Source: Octopus sinensis (lineage: Eukaryota). Taken from it: 64,000 bases of DNA. The notes beneath the pieces are model-generated. The model was not told the origin of the DNA. It was given only the letters and a program-made list of their open reading frames with translations, and searched no databases. Every line of letters begins with the position of its first letter. The stretch's first letter is position 1. The position numbers and the translations under genes were made by a program. Where the stretch lies: assembly GCF_006345805.1 (NCBI RefSeq), contig NW_021831987.1:94496-158495 (forward strand), read 5' to 3'. Below are positions 1 through 13,029 of the stretch, one piece after another.

Positions 1-974
1 ACATATTTGTTTCTGCACAATGTATGTTCATCGCAGCAGGCTTACTGTTTCCCAACCTGATCAACTCAGTAGGTTAGCAACGATCTCTCCACAACAGCTC
101 CTGCTAACCCCATTTCGTTGCTATCCTTTTGCTGTCAGGAAGTTACCCAAATGCTTTACCCTGCCGCTGTTGTTTCATTTTAGAAACTTCTGAACGAAAC
201 ATGTTTTAAAACTTTGTCTGTTTTTTGAGGGAATTTTCTTTCGTTTCTTTTCCCCCACCTTTTATTATCTTTTTTATTTTATTTTTTAATGAAGAATCTT
301 GTTAATGGAGAGTTGCTTGCCTTTCTGGAGAGATGAATACATTTTTATCAATGAATGCATAAATCTATTTTGCATCTTCACCTTCAGAATAAACGTAGGA
401 TTTTTTTTCTTTCTGGATACGCGTAATTATTTGTGCACACAAAAGTAAATACATATGCACAAGTGCTTCGTAAAACTGTAAGTTTCGAGTAATTTTTTTT
501 ATCAGTAGATCAGAGAATTCCATTCCTTACTGCAATTTTAAAACCGTAACATTACACGTGAATACACCCGTATAGCTTACCAAACTGTTAAGCAGACACA
601 TATCAGACGAAATTTTGCAACCATACCACAGCAATTTCTAAATACACTACTCGACAATATAAGCTTGTAACACAAGCTTAAAGCTTTGCATTATCAGGCA
701 AAGAAAACAGAAAATCGTTATGTAGATATTCATTATTTGAGGGCAACAGGTTTTTTTATTTGGCCCAACAATACATGAAGTAGTCCTAAAATGATTTTCA
801 AGTTAGGTTTGCTTGGATTTAGTGCAACAAAACCGATTGTAGTGTATGATATATATTTGTTTAACATTTATGATATTCTGAGATATTTCTATGAAGCACA
901 AGAGCAGCAAATCAATGGCAGTATTTGAATTCTGAATATTGAAGGAAGAGATTATATAGGATTAGATATTTATA

Positions 975-1193
975 AGGCGGCGAGCTGACACGCCGGGCGA
1001 AATGCGTAGCCGTATTTCGTCTGCCGTTACGTTCTGAGTTCAAATTCCGCCGAGGTCGACTTTGCCTTTCATCCTTTCGGGTCGGTAAATTAAGTACCAG
1101 TTACGCACTGGGGTCGATGTAATCGACTTAATCCGTTTGACTGTCCTTAATTGTCCCCTCTATGTTTAGCCCCTTGTGGGCAGTAAAGAAATA
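975..1193 (+). mobile_element. SINE family A (tRNA-like head, Meta/Sauria-type central domain, Tx1-like tail)
   Basis: ggcgagctg...gagttcaaattccgccgaggtcgactttgcctttcatcctttcgg...gccccttgtgggcagtaaagaaata; about 22-bp target duplication tatataggatt-a(g/a)-atatttata at 953-974 and 1194-1215; many copies in the window. Confidence 0.9.
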
Positions 1194-1239
1194 TATATAG
1201 GATTAAATATTTATAGCGTGGTTTCTACTTTCTCTATGC

Positions 1240-1462
1240 AGGTGCGTTGTCTAGTGGTGAGGATGCTGCACTTACGATAGCAAGGTCGTGGTTTCGATTC
1301 ACAGGTCGGGCGGTGCGTTGTGTTCTTGAGCAAAATACTTCATTGTACGTTGCTCCAGTTCAGTCAGCTGTCAATGAGTAACCCTTGAACAGACTAGCTT
1401 CACAGACAGGAGAAATGGTTGGAATCTCGTCGCAGAAACCAGGAACCGTCCTTAGAACTCTA
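1240..1462 (+). mobile_element. Degenerate tRNA-headed SINE (family C-related)
   Basis: A/B-box-like tagtgg...ggtttcgattc, then ttcttgagcaaaatactt; similar to 6170-6445, 10915-11160 and 58670-58800. Confidence 0.65.
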
Positions 1463-2267
1463 GACAGTAATTATACTTTTTTTATTCCACACTCTCAATC
1501 ATTCTGTCGATTTAGGTGGAACTTAAAATAAGGAAGAAAAACATAAGATTGAAACCCCATTGTGTAATAAATAGAGATTTGTATAAGAATTATGAACGCA
1601 CGTAGCTGAATGTTAAGAAGTCTGCATTGCGAGGTCATGGGTTCGATTTCACTGTGTGACACCTCGGGGACTGTTTGGCTATGATTTTTATTATGGCCTT
1701 GAGTTCTTGAGTGAAAATGGATCGACGGAAATTGTGGACGTCCGTTGAATGTATTCCATCAATAACTTAAAGGAGTTTGCTCTTGTTAGACCGTGTCATG
1801 TTCATTATACTTGTGTATTACGTAAAGGATATACAAGTCTGTTGGAATATCCAATCACGTACTGTATGAGCCTATAAGCAGTTGTTTATCGAATAAGAAT
1901 ACGAATCGTAAACCAGAGGCAGTTGATCGAGCACAAACGAATCGTAAGCCGGGGGAGGCCTTTACATATCCTATCATGTTGAAAAGGAATGATACATCAG
2001 ACGGTGTAACACTGGATTTATGAATAAACGAGGATGTCATGGATGGAATTCTTTTCAACATAAAGCTCACAAACGGTTATATAACAATAACAGATTATAA
2101 TCAATGAAAATATAAACTCAGTTTATAATGCAGAAAGTCGATTAAACTAGGGAGATTTTGTGCCTTGTTGAAAATTAGCTGATTGAAAATTAGCCGATAT
2201 TGATTGGTGAAAATTAAAAGTGAGTTGAAGTGTGCAGCTTTGTATGAAGTTACAACATCTTTTATCA

Positions 2268-2625
2268 TTAATTTGCTTCAGTCATTAGACTGCGGCCATG
2301 CTGGAACACCACTTTGCAGACATTTTAGTCGAATGAATCAACCCCAGTAACTTACGTCTGTGTATTTTGCCGAACCACAAAGTTACGGGGACGTAAATAC
2401 ACCAACACCGTTTATCAAGTGGTGGGGAGGGGATCACAAACACATGCACACACACACACATAGATATCCATTTACATATATACATATATGCGACGGGCTT
2501 CTTTCAGTTTCCGTCTACCAAATCCACTCACAAGGATTGGATAGTCCGAAACTATTGCAGAAGGCACTTGCCCAAGGTGCCATGAAGTGGGACTGAACCC
2601 GGAACTTCTTACCTCGCAGCCACTA
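2268..2625 (-). mobile_element. SINE family B (CORE-like, internal microsatellite, CR1-like tail)
   Basis: Reverse complement of the 33513-34042 element, with an internal (CA)n/(TA)n tract. Confidence 0.85.
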
Positions 2626-3189
2626 ATAATTTTCTATTATATCCTATTGCCCATTCAGGTAAATTCGATGTTTCTTTTCTAGTAATATAAAACAATAACA
2701 AAAAGCAACAAATATTAAATAATGTTTTCTTGCACGCGGCAGCAAGATCTCCCATTTTAGCATAGCTTATTTCTTCGAAGGTAGCAGAAAAGTAATTAAG
2801 AACACAAAGAATCAGATCTACATAGTTCCAGTGCCATTTCTGTCGTAACTAATGCTTCCCATTAGCAAAACACTTATGCTTGCCAATTCTCTATCTTTTA
2901 TGTTCTTTCAGTGAGTTGCACTCTTGCTGTCAGTATCATCACATCTGACATTCAACCATTTCTAATAAAGATGCTTTTATGACCGGATAATAAAAGTAAA
3001 TATATATTTTATTCCAATTTCTGTAATTTTACGATTCATGCATTTTTTTCCTCTACATAACCGAGCTCAGCTCTTCGTACCTTTGGTGGGGTGTGTGTAT
3101 GTGAAGCTGTTATTAATGTACTGTATTGATATGTAATACGGGTATAAAACTCAATATTGGTTTCTGGTATAGGCACAACGCCTGCAATT

Positions 3190-3360
3190 TAGGAGAGGAG
3201 GGTAAGTTGATTACCTTGTCGGGTAATTGTTTTACCAGCCCCGAAAGGATAAAAGATAAAGTCGACTTCGACGGAATTTGAACTCAGAACGTAAGGACGG
3301 ACGAAATGCTGCTAAGTATTTTTCCCGGTCTGCTAACGATTCTGCCCAGTTCCCCACCTT
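3190..3360 (-). mobile_element. SINE family A, diverged
   Basis: ccgaaaggataaaagataaagtcgacttcgacggaatttgaactcagaacg is the reverse complement of the family A core. Confidence 0.75.
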
Positions 3361-3748
3361 AGAAGCAACAGCAATGTTCATTTCAAATTCTGGCACAAGG
3401 CCAGCAATTTCTTCTACAACTTTTGTTCATCGTTTTTTAAATTTGAATCAATTTTTACCTCTTTTCAAACACATGATGATGAAGTATCAAGTAGAAAAAA
3501 ATACGAACGAATTTATCTGACAATGCGATATAAGTCTAGGAATCTATAACTTTTTTTGATATCTTACTTTTACTTCTAAGTTCAGTCTTTCATCATAGAG
3601 ATTATTTTCAATCTCTAAATTTTGGGTATTTGTATTTTCACATTTCATTACTACGATAATTTCTCTTCAAGTCTATTAAAGAATCTGATGGAGCATATAG
3701 ACCTCAATACTCGACGGCCACTTTACGCTATCAATATCTGAAAAGTAT

Positions 3749-3962
3749 AAGACGGCGAGCTGGCAGAAACGTTAGCACGAAGGGCGAAATGCGTAGCGGT
3801 ATATGGCTGTCTTTACGTTCTGAGTTCAAATTCCGCCGAGGTCGACTTTGCCATTTATCCTTTCGAGGTCGATAAATTAAGTACCAGTTACGCACTGGGG
3901 TCGATCTAATCGACTGGCTCCCTCCCCCAAAATTCCGGCCTTTGTGCCTAGACTAGAAAAGA
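3749..3962 (+). mobile_element. SINE family A, alternative-tail variant
   Basis: Family A head and core, tail ccccaaaattccggcctttgtgcctagactagaaaag; flanking repeat tatctgaa(a/g)agta. Confidence 0.85.
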
Positions 3963-5402
3963 GTATCTGAAGAGTAAAAATGTAGAGTTGACCCTGACGG
4001 GATTTGAGACCAAAGCGTAAATGGCTTTAATAAAATAGCACAAATCGTTTTGTCCGACGCACTATCGTCGGTATTAATCATTGTTCCACAGGGGTATTCC
4101 CTAATATTAACACAGCTTCTTTATTACTTTCTAACTTCTACTTGATTAAGTTTCTTGTGCGAATACAGGATTTGCCATATATGACTTCTTTATTTATTTC
4201 TTTTACTTTTTTATTTCTTTTACTTCTATTAAATGAAACGGAATCACTCAAAAGTAGAAATCCTTTAATAAGTATAACAAATATTACTATCGCCATTATT
4301 AGACACCCGGTGAAAACAAACAATATCAGTGAATCGTAAAATGCAAACAACAAAACCATCCTGAACCAAGAACCCTTTAACAAGTACTTTACGAGAATGA
4401 AAGAAAACTTATAACAACGAGTCTACAGGATACAAACGATTCACTGACAAGAAGCACACCAAATATATATTCCCATCATCAACTGCCAAACGGATATCAT
4501 TGTCGTTTTGACACTTAGTACCATAGTTCTTGAAGGTGAAAACAGCTGGATATTTTAAGCATGTCTTCACTGAAATCAAACTTACTTTCCTGCCTAAACT
4601 GATTTAGTTGTCTATATCCTTTCCAATTTCTTTGAAAATTATTATCGCTATAAGAAATCATTCATATAATGGCCATTATTACAATTGCGGTTTTCAGAAT
4701 GGCCGCTTTCCAGGCACCTGGCAGGTGGACGGTGCCTCTTCTGGTTGTTTAATCCTTGGATCTTAGAGACTTAACGGTTAATTTAGCCCATTTATTTTTG
4801 CGAGAGATTAACATTTGTTACATTGATTTCTTTGCTCTGTAAGATATGATTTCCAAAGAACTGGCTGCTATTTCTAACAATATGCACCCTCCACTTCACC
4901 CCACGAAGTGAAAAGTCGATCTGACCTAGAGCAGTTGCTCCAGACTCCACCATCTCACTTTTCACTGAGACCTGGGTACATCTAGGACTACTACATTGTC
5001 CAAAATATCGTATTTCCATTTTGAAGACAATAAGCAATGATTTCGAGAGAATTGACTTCTACTTGTAACAATATGCCCACAGATACCAGAAGAACGGCAT
5101 CAACTAGAACAGCTGCTCATTAACTCGTTTTATGCCATAAATTCAGTCAAGCAGAGGTTCAGCGGCACTACTTAGAGCAACAAAAATGTCACCCATCTCG
5201 CTTTTAATTTTAACTCTCATATTTTCTTCTTCTTTGAGAAATGAATATACAAAATACTTCTACTATTAAACTTAAATGCATTTACGCACACACACGCACA
5301 CACACACACACACACACAACACATACACATATATACATATATGAGCATACAAGCCTATAAATATATATATGTATGGATGTATATATAATATATACGTGTA
5401 TG

Positions 5403-5462
<60 letters not shown>

Positions 5463-5609
5463 CAACAATTGAGGGTAAAATTAATTAATTAATCAATTTC
5501 ACCAAGTATTCAGTATGCAAAGGGACCATTTAAGGCGAATTCAAATTATTATGCGGCAAAGTAATTTATTTTACTAAGCCCTTTTATATAATATATATAT
5601 ATATATATA

Positions 5610-5876
5610 TTCTTTTATTTGTTTGTCATTTGACTGCGGCCATGCTGGAGCACCATCTTTAGTTGAACAAATTGACCCTAGGACATATTCTTTGTAAGCC
5701 TAGTAGTTATTCTATCGTCCTCTTTTGCCGAACCGCTAAGTTACGGGGACGTAAACACACCAACATCCGTTGTAAAGCGATTTGGGGGGGGCACAGATAC
5801 ACAAACATACATATATACATGCATATATATATATAATATATACATATATATAAATACATATATATATATATAATAT

Positions 5877-5937
<61 letters not shown>

Positions 5938-6085
5938 GACGAGTTTCTTTCAGTTTCCGTCTACCAAATCCACTCACAAGCCTATAGTAGAAGACACCAT
6001 CCTAAGGTGCCACGCAGTGGGACTGAAACCGAAACCATGTGGTTGGGAAGTAAGCTACTTACCACACAGCCTCTCCTGCACCTAT
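5610..6085 (-). mobile_element. SINE family B with expanded internal (TA)n
   Basis: Both arms of family B flank about 130 bp of (TA)n. Confidence 0.88.
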
Positions 6086-6169
6086 GCACGTATTTATCTA
6101 TCAATCTATACACGCACTGACACACACACATACGCGCGCTTACAACACGTATGTATAATCCTTACTGTG

Positions 6170-6445
6170 ATGAGACCTTGGACTCATAAGACCAGAGATT
6201 AACCCCGGTTTTCATGGCATATTAGTAACTGAAATTACAACACCCTCTCTCCTGGATGGGATGCCAGTCCATTGCGAGATTAACTTCCAAGCCTTTACTG
6301 GAACACATTTACCACTGAGTGGACTGGAACAACGTGAAATGAAGATATGTTGATCAAAAACACAATGAACCGCCTGGTCCACAGATCGAAACCGTTGTCG
6401 TAAGATCGTGAGACCAACACTCTAACCACCAGGCCACGCGTTTTC
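6170..6445 (-). mobile_element. tRNA-headed SINE (family C-related)
   Basis: cctggatgggatgccagtcc...gatcgaaacc...ctaaccaccaggccacgcg; homologous to 10915-11160. Confidence 0.7.
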
Positions 6446-6559
6446 AGTAATAACCCAGTTGAATACAATGAATGGCTCAGAATACTTTACAACGACTACT
6501 TGTGATCCATCAGAAATACCATTTGGAAAAATCGATCAATAATGAAGCAATAACACGCT

Positions 6560-7650
6560 AGGTGGCGTTGCCATAGTTACAATGTTGTTGGGAATAGATG
6601 AGGTGGCTATGGGTGGAATGTGGTTGGTCATAGGTCCGTTCGAGAAGAACTGTTCTGGAGGTTAATCAAACTGTGAAAGAAGAAACATGGCAGAATATTT
6701 GGTAAAAAGCGAAGAAGAATTGCTGCAGTGTGATGCTAGTGCAGAGGGGTTTACAAAAATGGACTTGAGAGCGTTCATGAATTCCGAACAAGAACAGCCA
6801 ACGAGAGAGAAGAAACTCTACTCAAATTAAAAGAGCAGCAAGCATCATGGAGGTGGCTCAACAAGGGTGACCTAAAAACAATACTGAAAGCCTAATAATC
6901 GCGGCCCAGGACCAGGCATTGAATACCAACTCATCGGAAAAAAATATATACCACACAAGTGCATCGGACCTCTGCAGAATGTGTGGGAAAAGGGTTGAAA
7001 GTGTGACTAACATTGTTAGTGCTTATGAAAGTCTTGCGCAGAAAGAATACAAGCATAGACATGATGAGGTAGCCCAAAACCTCCACTGGTTACTATGCCG
7101 TAAGTGTGGATATGAGGTTATGGGTGTTTGGTACCAACATACACCGGTAAGGTAATGGACGAAAAGGGGAAAGCAAAAACCCTCTGGGACTTTGATTTCC
7201 AGACAAAGTGTTAGAGCACCGAAGGCCGGATATAGTAATCTTTAGGAGGGACAAACAAGAGTGCCTAATAATTGAAGTGGCAGTGCCAGGAGATAAACAT
7301 ATCATCATGAAAGAAAGAGAAAAGATTGATAAATATGGAGACCTGAGAATTGAGATCGCTAACATGTAGCAGCTACGAGAGTCGAACATAAAGGTTATCT
7401 CTGTTGTAATCGGAGTATTGGGTTCAATACCACCCAATCTGAAAAATACATCTGAAAACCTTAGAAATACCCTACAATCTAGATGTATTGCAAAAGTTGG
7501 CATTACTTGGAACTGCACGTATATTGCGTAAATTATTGTCTGTCTGAGGTCCTTGCGGTGACTTGACAAACAGTACAAACCCCCGGTAGACACAATATCT
7601 GCAATCAACAACCTCACGTTAATGTATACTGTGCGACATCTATAATAATG
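6560..7650 (+). mobile_element. Decayed 3' fragment of an R4/Dong-clade non-LTR retrotransposon (RLE endonuclease)
   Basis: Frameshifted peptides ESLIIAAQDQALNT, CRMCGKRVESVTNIVS..LAQKEYKHRHDEVAQNLHWLLC, RPDIVIF..CLIIEVAVP..KIDKYGDL: zinc knuckle, RHD and PD..E/D motifs. Confidence 0.88.
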
Positions 7651-7814
7651 ATATAACTAAAAAATGTCACTGCAACTTTTACGTGGTAAATCAACCAGCT
7701 AAAAATAGCAGTCAAGTCCCTTCCAGATTGCATTATTTCGTTAAAAGAATAAAGGAAACTGTTAATATGAAGGATAGATATTTCTGTATCTTCTAGCTTT
7801 TACCTGTCATCGCT

Positions 7815-8023
7815 TTTTAGTTGTTTCAGTCATTAGACAGCGGCCAAGCTGGGGCTTCCGTTTGAAGATTTTAGTCGAACAAAAGTAACTCTAGGGCTTA
7901 TGTTTTTTTAAAAGTTTAGCACTTACTCTATCGGTCTCTTATGCCCAAACGCTAAGTAAACAAACCGACGCTGGTTCACAAGGGGTGAGGCCGAAGACAA
8001 ACACACACACGTGTGTGTGTATG

Positions 8024-8062
<39 letters not shown>

Positions 8063-8205
8063 CAGGCTTCCACGCAGTTTTCGTCCACTGAACTATTCTC
8101 ACAAGGGATTGGTCGGTGTAGGCTATACTAGAGTTTAGTCCCATTGGGGACTGAACTCAAAACATCCTGGTTGCAAAGTGAGCTTCTCAACCGCACGGCC
8201 ATACT
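7815..8205 (-). mobile_element. SINE family B, diverged
   Basis: gtttcagtcattagacagcggcc tail, internal (TA)n, head ggactgaactc...aaccgcacggcc. Confidence 0.75.
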
Positions 8206-8534
8206 CGTGACTGGATGAACTTAATTTCTATATTTTCCTCCTCGGTTCCATATGTCAAAACTCGATTGTTAATGTTTGCTGTATATTTACGGTGTATCTG
8301 AATAAGAGAGATGGTCACGGCTAGAATGCTTCTGATCTAACTCTATTTTGCATGTTCAGAAATGAGTGGGGAACAAACAAGCATGACAACAACAATAGCA
8401 GCACAACAACTTGGCACCGATTGTAGCAGACAATCGGTGCCAAAAGTGACAGAAGCGAATGTCAGAATGATAAATCGAGATCCGATTTGAAGTAATGTTG
8501 TATCAGCCGTTTATAGTAAGAGTAGATATTTACT

Positions 8535-8965
8535 CTTTTATTCTTTTACTTGCTTCAGTCATTGGACTGAGGCCATGCTGGGGCACCATCTTGAAGAGTT
8601 TTTTCGATCAAATCAACCCCAGTACAATTTTTTTTAAAGTTTGATATTCGTTGTATTGGTCTGTTTTGCCGAAACCTTCACCCCGTTTAGATGATGAAAA
8701 TGAACCAATACCGGTTGTTAAGGGGGGTGCAAACACAAAATACCGTAGACACAGATACACACATACACATATACATCGTGGTACTTCGTCGGTTACGACG
8801 ACGAGGTTTGCTGATGATCCGATCAACGGAACAGCTTGCTCGTGAAATTAATGTGCAAGTGGTTGAGCACTCCACAAACACGTGTACCCCTAGGTGTAGT
8901 TCTCAGGGAGATTCAGCATGACACAGCATGTGACAAGGCTGGCCCCTTTGAAATACGGGTACAAC
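8535..8965 (-). mobile_element. SINE family B 3' half followed by SINE family D 3' half
   Basis: 8535-8775 matches the family B tail; 8780-8965 (cgtcggttacgacgacgag...gtgacaaggctggccc) matches 46800-46975 and 58810-58985. Confidence 0.75.
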
Positions 8966-10332
8966 AAAAACAGTCTGTGATTCTTTCTTACTGTGTGCAG
9001 CATTTCTTTACTCATTGCCTGCTACAAAGCCTAATATGTGCACTCTGCATTTTTCATTTCAACTTTTTCTGTTTGTGTCTTTTATTCTCTCTTCGTCTCC
9101 CCTCTCTCTCGCTCCAAATCTATCTCGCTTCTCCTCTATTCTCCTTCTCTCTCACTCCTCCCTTTCTTTCTCCTCTCTCTCGCTCCCCTCTCTCTCGCTC
9201 CCCCTCTCTTCTCCACTCTGTCTATAAAATGTAAAGTTTGACTGAAGAAAATAACCAGCCAGTCAACATTTATTTCAGCTGTTATTAAACAGAGATAGGT
9301 AATACAAGCTTCAATACAGTTTCCGCCGACCGAATTCTCCCTCAAAGCACCGATCAATTCGAAGCCACAAGTAGAAGACACTGTGACCAAGATTCCGCTC
9401 AACAAACTCCAAACGACGTGGTTGCAACGGATAATTTCTACTTATTTTGCAGGTCTTTCCTTCTGGTTTCCCACCTCAAATTGATAAAAATGGTATATTT
9501 TATTGAATGGGAATCATAGAGAACTCTAAATAGAGTTTACAAAGTAAACGATAACATTTTTCGGTGTTAATTTTGGAATCAGTTTTATCGTCTTGAAACC
9601 TTAAACCGAACACAAGAAGGAATTGAAAACAAGACGAAACTGAAAACATACTCGAATCGAAAATCTTATCTTTTGTTTATAGAGACAAGCAGCAAACGGA
9701 ACGTATTTTGTTTAGGGGTAGTTAAGAAGTTATATGGTAATAACTCCATCCTTTACTAGTTTTGCAAAGAACAAAACAAAACAAAGAGAGAGAAAAGAAA
9801 AAAAGGAATGCTGGTGTTCTAACTTTAGAATTCTCGTTAGAGTGTTTCTTTAAAAAGAAATAAAAAATATAGATAAAACATCCGAAAAGTAAAAAGAAAT
9901 TGCTGCTGTCATGCGAAGTTTCAATATCTTATAGAAAACTAATACTGGAACAATTCCGAACTTTCTTCAGTCAAGCTTCGTTAGTCTAACTAACAGTCTA
10001 AGAACGAAAATTGCAGGAAACAGCACAACGAACCATTATTTTTGCATTTTCGCTTTCGTCGAAATTACAGACGAAGAAGTAATGGCTTTTACCTCAAACA
10101 TATTCGTAACTCGACAGAAAACCAAAATGGAATACATAATTAGATGGAACACCAATTTTACCGTCGTGTATTTATATTTTCTTGTCTCTAACCATTTATA
10201 TTCTATGAATGTTTTAAAGTCTAGGAATCTAGAAATGTTATGCTACTTCGACATTTATTTAGAAGCTGACATATTCACATTCAAAAATATTGTTTCTATT
10301 TTCTAAATTGACAATAATGATAATCTACAGTT

Positions 10333-10772
10333 TGGCGACGGTGCTGGCAGAATCTTTAGCAGAACGGAGAAGATGCATAACGGCATTTCGTCGGTCTCTT
10401 CGTTCTGGGTTCAAATTCCGCCGAGGCCGACTTTGCCTTTCATCTTCAATAAGATAAGTACCAGTTGAGCAATGGGGTCAGTGTAATCGACTCACCCCTC
10501 TCCTAAATTGCTGGCCTTGTGCCAAAATTTGAAATTCAAAGTTATATTCTTCAGTTAGGCGGTGCACTGGTGAAACCGTTAGCAAACCGGGCCAAATTCT
10601 TAGACGTATTTCGTCCGTCTCTATGTTCCGAGCTCAAATACCGCCGAAGTAAACTTTGCTTTCTGGGGGGATGGTGGGGTGGATAAAATAAGTACCAGCT
10701 GTGCACTGGGGTCAATCTAATCAATTTACCGACTCCCTCGAAATTACTGGCCTTGTGCCAAAGTTTGGAGTC
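10333..10772 (+). mobile_element. Two tandem diverged SINE family A variants
   Basis: Two successive copies of head, ttcaaattccgccgag core and aaattgctggccttgtgccaaa tail. Confidence 0.75.
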
Positions 10773-10914
10773 AATAATTATATTCTATACTAATATATAA
10801 ATGCTTACACGCGGTCAGTCGTTCTGCTAAAAATAACAACTCAAATTACACCTTACTGACATTTTTATTTTTAAAAAGGCACGGTTGTGTGGTTAAGAAG
10901 CTGACTCGAGCAAT

Positions 10915-11160
10915 AGGGCTCATAAGACAGGTCCCCTGGCTTCCATAGTGTTTAAGTGACCGATATCACCACATGTCCCCCTGGACGTGACGCCGTCCTT
11001 CGCTGGGTTACTCATTCACTACACTGAAGTAACGTGGAATGAGGGGTTTTTTTTTCTTCTTTTTTTTTGCAAGAGCACAACGATTCGTTTGATCTGGGAA
11101 TCGAAATCACCATCTTGCGATCGTGAATGCAACAGCTCTGACTACTAGGCCACGCGATTT
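10915..11160 (-). mobile_element. tRNA-headed SINE (family C-related)
   Basis: ctgggaatcgaaatc...actactaggccacgcg head; homologous to 6170-6445. Confidence 0.65.
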
Positions 11161-12906
11161 CTCTCAGAAATAACAACTAAATTTTTAAATCAAACCATAT
11201 CCTCTTACAGAACAGTAATCCTGAGAGAGAGAAAAAAAAACCCAACAAAATGAAAACAAAAACAATTTACAGTTGGAAGGTCTTCAATCATGGGGGCAAT
11301 CGATCATCTTATCGAATCCAGAGAACTGATCCCATTGGTCTTTCAAATTACTGATTCGTTCGATAAAAATTCTTTGAAGCGATGCCCCAGCGTAGCCTCA
11401 ATCTAATGATTGATACAAGTAACAGAAAAAAGATTTATATGTGTGTGTGTGTGTGTGTGTGTATAAATTACACAAATTCACGAACACATACACGCACGTG
11501 TGAATGAGTTTTAATTCTTTTGTTATTAATTTTAACTTGGAACATATTTTTTTTCTATCAGGATTTTTACAAAAAAGTTAAAGAAGTTAAAAACCCTGTT
11601 TTAAAACGAAAAAGAACAGTTGTAAATTGAAACCGAAAACAAACGATAGCTGTTCATGTCAAGATGATCAGAAATTGAAACGTCGAAAAGCGAAAAAAAT
11701 ATACAAACAATGGAGGTTAATAGTCTGAAGAATCTGATACGACTCTAAATATTGTTATTTTAGTCTTTGACATTAATATATACGACTGGCCATTTATTAG
11801 TGTTTTTGAAGATTTTAAAAAGAAAATTTGTGTAAATTGTCAGTTATAATAAATCTCTCACTTGTTATGTCTAAGTTGCCAAGACAAAGAGCTGGGAATG
11901 ATCTGCTGCGGTGCATCGCAATCAACGCTATTGTGTCTATGTTCTTCATTCGGTCCTTCTCTTTTTGTAACTGTTTACCATAAAGTTTCTTTACTTTGTC
12001 TTCTCTTAAATTATCAAAACTTACTGAATTTAATCTACAACAATAGGAACAGTACAAACTCACCAACCAATTCCTTCACCTATAATTGTGTTATTTACAC
12101 GCTTGCCTCTTCCAGACTTTTTTTCTATATTTCACTGTGTTTACCCTTTCTTAAGTAAGCCGAGTCATCCGTGGCAGGGATATGTTATTCAAGTTATGAT
12201 AATTTTGGTTACAAGGTCGTCAAAAAAGACGAAACCAATACTGTTTTTGGTTATCAGAGCAATTTCATTATATCTAGAACAGCAACAGCGATTCTTGAAA
12301 GCTGTTTATGTCAAAGCATTGGAAACTATTAAGGTAGTAAATGCTAATTTGTTTTATGGTACCCTATGATCTATATTCATTGTTTTTTTTAAATCTCTAT
12401 CGTTCTTCACTACACTAAGATCTGTTACCCAGACACTTAATACGCCTTCCTCATGACTCTCCATATTTAAATACATTTAAAGACTCCATTTTGCAAACAT
12501 AGATGTAAGTTAGGGAAACAAATAATATCAGCAGAAATTGAAAGAGGAACATAAAATGGGAGAAAAAATAATGAATTCTGAAAAGCAAGAACTATTCTGT
12601 GTAATAATTCAAATAAATGAAATAAGCTTTATGGTGGAAGGAAGACTTGAAATGTAACGTTTCGGACAAAATTCTTCATCCAAAAGAGACGAAGTGTTAC
12701 GTGGTTAGAAATGGTAAATAAATTAGCACAAGTGAGAGAAAGAAGAAAAAGGAAGTAACACAGATTGAAAAAGAGGCAACGAGTGTTAGCTGAAAGGGCA
12801 TCGGTCAGAGAGCAGAGAAAGGGAGAAAATATGACGTACGAAGGCAGATTGACAAGAGAGTTGATGGAAAGAATAATGACAAGGACACGCTATACAGACA
12901 TGCATG

Positions 12907-13029
<123 letters not shown>
